The notes beneath the pieces are model-generated. The model did no database searches and was not told where the DNA came from. It saw nothing but the letters and a program-made list of their open reading frames with translations. DNA of 64,000 bases from Mycobacteriales bacterium (GTDB lineage Bacteria; Actinomycetota; Actinomycetes; Mycobacteriales; QHCE01): contig JBGTNI010000010.1 in assembly GCA_041743105.1 (NCBI GenBank), positions 13,589-77,588 on the forward strand, in the 5' to 3' direction. The number at the start of each line of letters is the position of its first letter. Position 1 is the stretch's first letter. This document shows, piece after piece, positions 57,873-64,000 of the stretch. A program made the position numbers and the translations under genes.

Positions 57873-58315
57873 GTGCGCAACAGCCGGTTCTGTAACGCGA
57901 ACATCTCGCGCTCTTCCTCCGGATCGGCATGGTCGTAGCCAAGTAGGTGCAGCACCCCATGCACGGTGAGCAGGTGCAGCTCGTCGGCCATGCTGTGACC
58001 TGCTTGCCGGGCTTGCTGCTTGGCAACGGCCGGACAGAGCACCACATCGCCGAGTAGCGCGAATGTGTCGCCTGGCACATGGCCGGGACCACGCTCGGAG
58101 TCGAACTCATCCATCGGGAATGCCAGTACATCGGTGGGACCGGAAGAGTCCATCCACCGCTGGTTCAACTCACTCATGTGCTCGGTATCGATCAGCAGCA
58201 TCGACAGTTCGGCCATCGGGCTCACGCCCATCTCCTCGAGGGCATGTCGGGCGACCGCGACGAGCATGGATTCATCCAGTACGACACCCGATTCGTTGGC
58301 TATCTCGATCGACAT
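57854..58315 (-). CDS. ybeY: rRNA maturation endoribonuclease YbeY
   Basis: [11 protein letters not shown] zinc motif. Confidence 0.9.
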   Translation of the reverse strand: MSIEIANESGVVLDESMLVAVARHALEEMGVSPMAELSMLLIDTEHMSELNQRWMDSSGPTDVLAFPMDEFDSERGPGHVPGDTFALLGDVVLCPAVAKQQARQAGHSMADELHLLTVHGVLHLLGYDHADPEEEREMFALQNRLLRTWHSQP

Positions 58316-58321
58316 CGCGGG

Positions 58322-60535
58322 TCAACCCCTCAAGTCCCGTGCGGCGCGACCACGTTGCGCGCTGAGCCGTCGCGGCAAACGTGCCCGCTCCGCCGTGGTG
58401 TCATCGTCTGCCGCCGAGCGAGCGTCCCACACGGCGTACGCGTCGACGATCTCACCCACCAAACGGTGACGCACGACATCTTCGCTGGTCAGCGATGAGA
58501 AATGCACGTCATCGACATCGCCGAGAATCTCGCGGACAAGTTTGAGACCGCTGTGGGTGTTGCCGGGTAGATCCACCTGCGTAATGTCGCCGGTTACCAC
58601 GATCTTGGACCCGAAACCTAGCCGGGTTAGGAACATCTTCATCTGCGCCGGTGTGGTGTTCTGCGCCTCGTCGAGGAGTATGAAAGCGTCGTTGAGCGTG
58701 TTATGCGTCAACAGGTAATCCTCGGTGACATAGAGTGCATCAGCTGCCGCCACCTGGATGCATACCGTCTCCGCCCGCCCTGCGGGTTCGATGCTGTCGA
58801 TGAAACGTAGCGGCCGGCCGCCACCTTCGGCGGCGTGGTACTTCTTCCGCTTACGGGTGAGACGGAAAGGTTCAACGCCGGCGGGAAGACGGATGTCGAT
58901 GATGTACGCATCATGGCGATAGCCAATCTCACGGCCGCGCACCTGGCCCGATTTCCTTCCCTGCACTGCCCGGCGGCGGACATACGCCACACCACCCAGC
59001 GATCGGACCAGACGGATCACGCCGTCCCTAAGCATTGGCGATGTGGTGGTGTACTGGACGCGGCAGGTCCGGTCGACCTGGATGACCGGTCCACCATCGG
59101 CGTCCAGCAACCCATTGAGGACAGCGAGACGGACCGCAGCGCTGTTGTAGAGGTAAGCATCCGGAATGAACTTCGAGTGTGAACGAGTGCCCAGCAAGTT
59201 CAACGAGCGCAGTGCTCCGGTCACCGGGTTCTCCAGTGTGACGACATCACCAGATGCCCTCACACGGTTGAGGGTGTAGTTCACTCGGTCCTTCCACCGC
59301 ACCTTGACCCCTGGGAGGAGCAGCTCTAGCGCGGAGACGAGTTCCGGATCCTCGGTGGCGAAGGCGGGAGTGGTCGAACCCGTCAGGCAGCCGTCACCAA
59401 GTAGCAGGCCGAGGGCATACGGTTCCATGGGGATCTTTAGTTCGGGGTGGCACACTGGTGCGGTAAGCAGCGGTAGTTCGTATCGACGGGCATGGGCGGC
59501 ACGAAGGTTACCGATCATTTCCTTGGTTTCGAGGACGCGCCAGGGCTTGCCGCGACGGCGATCAGACGCCGTCGCGACCGTCCAGAGGTGATCGCCGCAG
59601 CACAACGTTGAGGCGTCGTCCTGAGCTGTGACGCGGTACACGTCCTTCTCGCCTTGCGGAAACACACCAAGAACCGGGGTCGGTTCCCCGTTAGAGCCGA
59701 TGACGAGATCACCTATTTCCAAGCCACCGATCGGGCAGAAACCGTTTGGAGTCAGTACTTTAGTGAAGATAGGTTGGGCACGTCCCCGCATGTACGCCAG
59801 CGGCGCGACCTCGATGGTTCCGGCTTGCATTAGCCGCGGGATCGAGTCGGCGTCGAGCATGTCGTGCAACGCATCGTAGAGCGGTCGCAGATAGGGGTCG
59901 ATTTTCTCGTACAGCGTCCCCGGCAAATACCCCAGCCGCTCCCCAGCTTCGACAGCGGGGCGCGTGAGAATGATGCGGTTCACCGTCTTGGCTTGCAGTG
60001 CCTGCACCGCCTTGGCCATCGCCAGGTAGGTCTTGCCGGTTCCCGCCGGCCCGATGCCGAAGACAACCGTGTGAGCATCGATCGCGTCCACATAGCGCTT
60101 CTGGTTCAGGGTTTTAGGACGAATAGTGCGACCACGACTCGACAGTACGTTCAGCGTGAGCACATCAGCGGGACGTTGACCGTCGGTGAGTGGGGTAGCA
60201 AGCATGTCGATGGCGCGACGGGCAGCGTCCGGCGTCAGAGGCTGATCGCGCTCGATCAACGCAAGTAACTCGCGAAAGATACGTTCGGCTAAGGCATTCT
60301 GTGCCGGCGTACCGGTGAGGGTAATTTCGTTTCCCCGAACCAGAATGTCGGACGCGACAGCACCCTCGACCACTTTAAGGATCTCGTCACCGGAACCGAG
60401 CAGGCTCATCATGTCGGCCGGGCCTACCACCATACGGCTCTGCTGTGTGGTCCCGATATCTGGAACATGCGGGTGTGCTGCGGCATGGTCGGTAGGGGGT
60501 CGTGCGACAGGTTCTGACATATGGTTGCCGCTCAT
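58322..60535 (-). CDS. phoH: PhoH-like ATPase interrupted by an intein
   Basis: Walker A GPAGTGKT. The sequence ...APLAYMRGR | intein | [15 protein letters not shown]... is interrupted. The ORF is 737 aa, and removing the 360-aa insert leaves 377 aa. Confidence 0.85.
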   Translation of the reverse strand: MSGNHMSEPVARPPTDHAAAHPHVPDIGTTQQSRMVVGPADMMSLLGSGDEILKVVEGAVASDILVRGNEITLTGTPAQNALAERIFRELLALIERDQPLTPDAARRAIDMLATPLTDGQRPADVLTLNVLSSRGRTIRPKTLNQKRYVDAIDAHTVVFGIGPAGTGKTYLAMAKAVQALQAKTVNRIILTRPAVEAGERLGYLPGTLYEKIDPYLRPLYDALHDMLDADSIPRLMQAGTIEVAPLAYMRGRAQPIFTKVLTPNGFCPIGGLEIGDLVIGSNGEPTPVLGVFPQGEKDVYRVTAQDDASTLCCGDHLWTVATASDRRRGKPWRVLETKEMIGNLRAAHARRYELPLLTAPVCHPELKIPMEPYALGLLLGDGCLTGSTTPAFATEDPELVSALELLLPGVKVRWKDRVNYTLNRVRASGDVVTLENPVTGALRSLNLLGTRSHSKFIPDAYLYNSAAVRLAVLNGLLDADGGPVIQVDRTCRVQYTTTSPMLRDGVIRLVRSLGGVAYVRRRAVQGRKSGQVRGREIGYRHDAYIIDIRLPAGVEPFRLTRKRKKYHAAEGGGRPLRFIDSIEPAGRAETVCIQVAAADALYVTEDYLLTHNTLNDAFILLDEAQNTTPAQMKMFLTRLGFGSKIVVTGDITQVDLPGNTHSGLKLVREILGDVDDVHFSSLTSEDVVRHRLVGEIVDAYAVWDARSAADDDTTAERARLPRRLSAQRGRAARDLRG
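58700..59779 (-). mobile_element. intein (Ala1, ...THN/T junction) with LAGLIDADG homing-endonuclease domain
   Basis: Residues 253-612 of the ORF. It starts AQPIFTKVL and ends YLLTHN, followed by Thr+1. LAGLIDADG-type motifs [10 protein letters not shown] and [10 protein letters not shown] are present. Junction codons were checked base by base. Confidence 0.75.
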
Positions 60536-60585
60536 ACTGCTTTCAGCTGGTAGAGAACTGGTAGCGAATGGGACGTCTGTCCATC

Positions 60586-60948
60586 CTACCTGGAGGTCGG
60601 TGCCAGCATGGGCCCCAACGGCCTGCCACCGAGTACGTGCGCGTGGACATGAAACACCTCTTGACCGCCGTGGCGTCCGGTGTTGAACAACACCCGGTAG
60701 CCATCGTCGGCAAGATCCTGCGATGCCGCGACTTCCCCGGCGGCGTGCAGCACCGCTCCGGCAAGCTCAGGGTCAGCAGTGGCCAGCTCGGCGACAGTGG
60801 CATGGTGCCGCTTGGGAATCACCAGTACGTGCACCGGAGCTTTGGGCGCAATATCTGCAAACGCAAGCACCCGATCGGTGTCGTACAGGATCTGTGCCGG
60901 GATTTCCCCGGCCACGATGCGACAGAACAAGCATTCGGCTTCCGACAT
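60586..60948 (-). CDS. HIT family nucleotide hydrolase
   Basis: CLFCRIVAGEIPA and the histidine triad HVHAHVLGG. Confidence 0.85.
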   Translation of the reverse strand: MSEAECLFCRIVAGEIPAQILYDTDRVLAFADIAPKAPVHVLVIPKRHHATVAELATADPELAGAVLHAAGEVAASQDLADDGYRVLFNTGRHGGQEVFHVHAHVLGGRPLGPMLAPTSR

Positions 60949-60998
60949 GCTGCGATGATAGCGGCTGGGGTAATTAGCTTTGAGTTCAACATGCTAAT

Positions 60999-61268
60999 AT
61001 GATGCTTATGAAAAAAGCTGTGACACTTTCTATTGATGAAGATGTGGCTGCGCTTATCCGTGACCGAGCCGCGGCCGCAGGTATATCGGTGTCAGCCTTC
61101 GCGGAAAAGGCCCTCTACGATGCGGGGCGCGCGGCGATGTTCGCCGAACACGCCGCGGGACTAGCGGCAATCGGCATCGACCTGAAAGCTGAACACGCCG
61201 CAAACGAACGTGCACGCCGATTATGGGCCAAGAGCGCCAGCTCTAAGGAAAATCATGCTACGTGGTGA
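60999..61268 (+). CDS. ribbon-helix-helix type II antitoxin
   Basis: KKAVTLSIDEDVAALIRDRAAAAGISVSAFAEKAL fits the RHH pattern. Its stop overlaps the toxin start region. The start may be the ATG at 61008. Confidence 0.6.
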   Translation: MMLMKKAVTLSIDEDVAALIRDRAAAAGISVSAFAEKALYDAGRAAMFAEHAAGLAAIGIDLKAEHAANERARRLWAKSASSKENHATW

Positions 61269-61542
61269 ACTGTGGGCGCGCGGCGACCGGTCGGACACCA
61301 TCGTTTTGATCCTCAGCAACGACATGCTTCACACAACAAGTCCATACGTCGTAGCGTGCACTGTCACACCCGCCGATCCCGGTGAACATTTCCCCGGCAT
61401 CATCCGGCATGAACAGTGGTGCATCCTGCCGTCTATGGTGCTGTGGCTGCCCCAGGCGGCGCTCGCCCGGAAAGTGGGTATCGTCTCGGACGATACAATG
61501 TACGCCGCTCACCGTTTTCTTACCGCCGTACTCGCCCCGTAA
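61255..61542 (+). CDS. MazF/PemK-like type II toxin
   Basis: Trimmed to ATG at 61255. Product: MLRGELWARGDRSDTIVLILSNDMLHTTSPYVVACTVTP...LARKVGIVSDDTMYAAHRFLTAVL. The order of conserved segments matches MazF/PemK. Confidence 0.55.
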   Translation: MLRGELWARGDRSDTIVLILSNDMLHTTSPYVVACTVTPADPGEHFPGIIRHEQWCILPSMVLWLPQAALARKVGIVSDDTMYAAHRFLTAVLAP

Positions 61543-61572
61543 GAGCGTCGCCAACCGCATTAGGATAACCCG

Positions 61573-62184
61573 ATGTTGTGGTGGCGGGGTTTTGGAACAG
61601 GCCCGACGCGGGAAGCGTGTCTGCAGCAGCGGCTTGCCCAGCTCTATGCAACGCTGGACAAGCAACAGCTCAGCTACGGCGAGCCGGGCATGACACACCG
61701 CGAAGACGTGCGTCGCGGTTTCCGTCGGACAGTGGTACGTGAGCGAGTCGGCAACGGTGAAGCTACCTTTCGACGAGCTTACGACGCACTGTTGGGCGGT
61801 CAGATGCACCGGCGTGCCGGCCTGGGTCTTTTCCCGACGGACCTGCGCCTATCTGCCGGGACCGATTTTGTGAGCTTCATTTCATCTGGTCCGATTACCG
61901 TAGCTAATCCATGTCGCGTGATCGCCGTACTGGACGAGCCGCTGCGCGCCAGCGTCAGCTACGGCACCCTGCCAGGACACCCGCTTTGCGGGGAAGAGGA
62001 GTTCTTGGTGGAGCTGGAGTCCGGCGGCACGGTCTGGTTCGTCATCACCGCCGTCAGTAAACCCGGCGCGCTCTATGCCCATCTCGGTGCGCCGCTGACG
62101 CGGCGGGCGCAGTCCTTTGCCGCGCACCGCTTCATGCGGGCCCTACGCAGCCTGGCCAACCAATCTCCACAGAACACGCCATAA
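61573..62184 (+). CDS. DUF1990 domain protein
   Basis: SYGTLPGHPLCGEEEFLVE is the central motif typical of DUF1990. Confidence 0.6.
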   Translation: MLWWRGFGTGPTREACLQQRLAQLYATLDKQQLSYGEPGMTHREDVRRGFRRTVVRERVGNGEATFRRAYDALLGGQMHRRAGLGLFPTDLRLSAGTDFVSFISSGPITVANPCRVIAVLDEPLRASVSYGTLPGHPLCGEEEFLVELESGGTVWFVITAVSKPGALYAHLGAPLTRRAQSFAAHRFMRALRSLANQSPQNTP

Positions 62185-62221
62185 GCGGGAGCACACCATA
62201 AACAGCGCTACGAGCTTTGAT

Positions 62222-63454
62222 GTGATCGTCATCGGCGCCGGACCTGCGGGTTCGGTTGCGGCCTACGCGGCAGCCGCTCGGGGACTACGGGTGGCCCTAG
62301 TGGACCAACGACGCTTCCCTCGCGATAAATCGTGCGGTGACGGTATCGGCCCGGGAGGGTCACGACTACTGCAACGATTGCGGCTGGGGCATGTCCTCGC
62401 AGATGCCACAGCGATCAGCCGCCTCTGTATCGCGGGTCCAGACGGGACGCAGGCACGCAGCGAAATACCGACGGTGGATGGTGAGTCGCAACACGGCTAC
62501 GTGATGGCACGCACGACCTTCGACGATCGTCTCTTCCGGGCGGCTTGCCAGGCAGGAGCGGAAGACTACTCCGGCTACAAACTGCACCTGCCTGATGGCG
62601 GCGACACCCGCGGCGATGCCTGCCGTATCGTCACCGTCCGCCGCACCGATGCCGGTGATGGGTCAGGCGAGATCAAGCTTTCCTGCCGCTTGCTGATCGG
62701 GGCAGACGGCGCGTATTCGGCGGTTCGGCGACTACTGCGGGTACCTGCTCACCCCGAGCACGCCACGCTGCTGGCCATGCGCGCTTACGCCGATGTTCCC
62801 GCCGACTTCGAGCCTCGGTTGATGTTCGAGTTCAGTAGAGACCTGCTTCCCGGATACGGCTGGATCTTTCCCAACGGCTCGGGCTCGGTTAACGTCGGCG
62901 TCGGGCTGCCGCTGGCTTCGATGCGCTCAGCGTCGATAGGTTCTAAGTCGGTGGACATCCGAGATCGCCTGGCGCGTTTCGTCGACGGCGCCCGAAGCCT
63001 TGGACTCAAGATCGGCGAGCTACGAGGGCATCGATCTCATCACCTGCCGACGGCATCGAACATCCCCCGTCTGAGCTATCCCCGTGCCGCACTCGTAGGC
63101 GACAGCGCGGCCATGATCAACCCGTTGAGCGGTGAAGGCATCGTGTACGCGATGACGGCAGCGGCAGCACTCGTCGAACGGCTCCCCAACGAGCTGGGCG
63201 ATAACGATGCGCTCGACGACGCGTTGCGCAGCTACGAACTGTGGTATCGCGACACCTACGGCAGGCATATGCGCGCCAATCATTGGGCAACTCGCATCAT
63301 GACCCGGCCCGGTGGGGCAAGCTGGGCGGTGCGAGCAGCCCATCGCAGTCCCGAGGTAATGGCCGCGGCGGTGAAGCTGCTATTTGGTCTGGGCCACATC
63401 CCGCGTCGCGCCCTCGCCAAAGGATTGGTCCACGCCGCGCTGCGACGGTGGTAG
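62222..63454 (+). CDS. FAD-dependent geranylgeranyl-reductase-family oxidoreductase
   Basis: Start set to GTG 62222, just before the dinucleotide fold VIVIGAGPAGSVAAYAAAARGLRVALVDQ. The CGDGI motif is present. The ORF-track ATG at 62117 overlaps the previous gene. Confidence 0.7.
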   Translation: MIVIGAGPAGSVAAYAAAARGLRVALVDQRRFPRDKSCGDGIGPGGSRLLQRLRLGHVLADATAISRLCIAGPDGTQARSEIPTVDGESQHGYVMARTTFDDRLFRAACQAGAEDYSGYKLHLPDGGDTRGDACRIVTVRRTDAGDGSGEIKLSCRLLIGADGAYSAVRRLLRVPAHPEHATLLAMRAYADVPADFEPRLMFEFSRDLLPGYGWIFPNGSGSVNVGVGLPLASMRSASIGSKSVDIRDRLARFVDGARSLGLKIGELRGHRSHHLPTASNIPRLSYPRAALVGDSAAMINPLSGEGIVYAMTAAAALVERLPNELGDNDALDDALRSYELWYRDTYGRHMRANHWATRIMTRPGGASWAVRAAHRSPEVMAAAVKLLFGLGHIPRRALAKGLVHAALRRW

Positions 63455-63474
63455 GCATCTCACCCACGAACTCG

Positions 63475-64000
63475 TTAGTACCAGCCGACGCTTCGGGAGT
63501 GCGACCACGCTCCGCACGGGGTCTGGTAGCGGCCCTTGATGTAATTCAGGCCCCACTTGATCTGCGTTACCGGATTGGTTCGCCAATCCGAGCCGTAGGA
63601 AGCCATCTTCTTCCCCGGTAGTGCCTGAGCGATGCCGTAGGCGCCGGATGAATGGTTCTCAGCACGCGGATTCCAGCGGCTTTCTTTCATCCACAGTTTG
63701 TCCAAGCAACTCATCTGCTGCACCTCGAAGCCCGCGAGGACCAGCAGCGAACAACCGATCTGCTTAACCCCGGAGTAACTCACGCAGTCAGCGGGGGCGT
63801 CCGGTGGCGGCCCGCCGCCGGGACCCAGCGCCGCTTCGATGCGCTCTTTTGCGTCCTTCACGGCGGCCTCGGCGCGCTCGGCAATCGACGAGCTCACCTG
63901 CTGGGCGCGCTGCGCCGCCTGGGATCGCGCTTGCTGGGCACGCGAACTCTCCTGCCGCGCGCGTTTGAGCTCGGCGCCAGGCGGGCGATGCTGCGCGATC
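63475..64000 (-). CDS. secreted lytic-transglycosylase-like domain protein (N-terminus outside the window)
   Basis: C-terminal domain LWMKESRWNPRAENHSSGAYGIAQALPGKKM...IKWGLNYIKGRY. The frame stays open upstream of the GTG at 63897 through to base 64000 (coiled-coil QAAQRAQQ...). Confidence 0.65.
   Translation of the reverse strand, partial: IAQHRPPGAELKRARQESSRAQQARSQAAQRAQQVSSSIAERAEAAVKDAKERIEAALGPGGGPPPDAPADCVSYSGVKQIGCSLLVLAGFEVQQMSCLDKLWMKESRWNPRAENHSSGAYGIAQALPGKKMASYGSDWRTNPVTQIKWGLNYIKGRYQTPCGAWSHSRSVGWY

Overview
GC-rich actinobacterial chromosome segment. Gene content and local order resemble Mycobacteriales core regions (from memory, not searched): cdsA-frr-pyrH, tsf-rpsB, xerC, ku/ligD, kgd, whiB1, dgt, smtB-zur, uppS-recO, era-ybeY-phoH. 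I call about 60 CDS and find no rRNA, tRNA, CRISPR array or transposase gene. Many ORF-track entries are antisense shadow ORFs, or N-terminal over-extensions that run into intergenic repeats; I trimmed starts where a conserved N-terminus plus a Shine-Dalgarno-like sequence supported it. Most notable observations: (1) phoH is split by a 360-codon intein with a non-nucleophilic Ala1, a Trp/Cys/Thr pattern like class 3 inteins, and a LAGLIDADG endonuclease domain. (2) A ~13 kb block lies between recO and era. It holds a MoxR / DUF58 / transglutaminase-like operon in which the transglutaminase Cys-His-Asp positions read Ser-Phe-Asp, convergently overlapped by a receptor Ser/Thr kinase. That kinase is divergent from a 950-aa single-pass protein with three FN3 domains and a (Pro-Gln)x20 spacer. 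(3) At least three families of 90-210 bp MITE/REP-like intergenic elements have ends that are self-complementary within a copy but differ between copies. Some sit inside operons, two abut each other, and two inverted copies bracket one gene. (4) A small secreted His/Trp-rich repeat protein. (5) A Cys-rich 79-codon ORF start-overlapping the ku stop in a ku / split-ligD locus. (6) A zinc locus (ABC importer, smtB, zur) next to an ATGA-coupled permease pair. (7) An AT-rich frameshifted gene remnant after kgd. All functional calls rest on motifs read by eye; no database search was possible.
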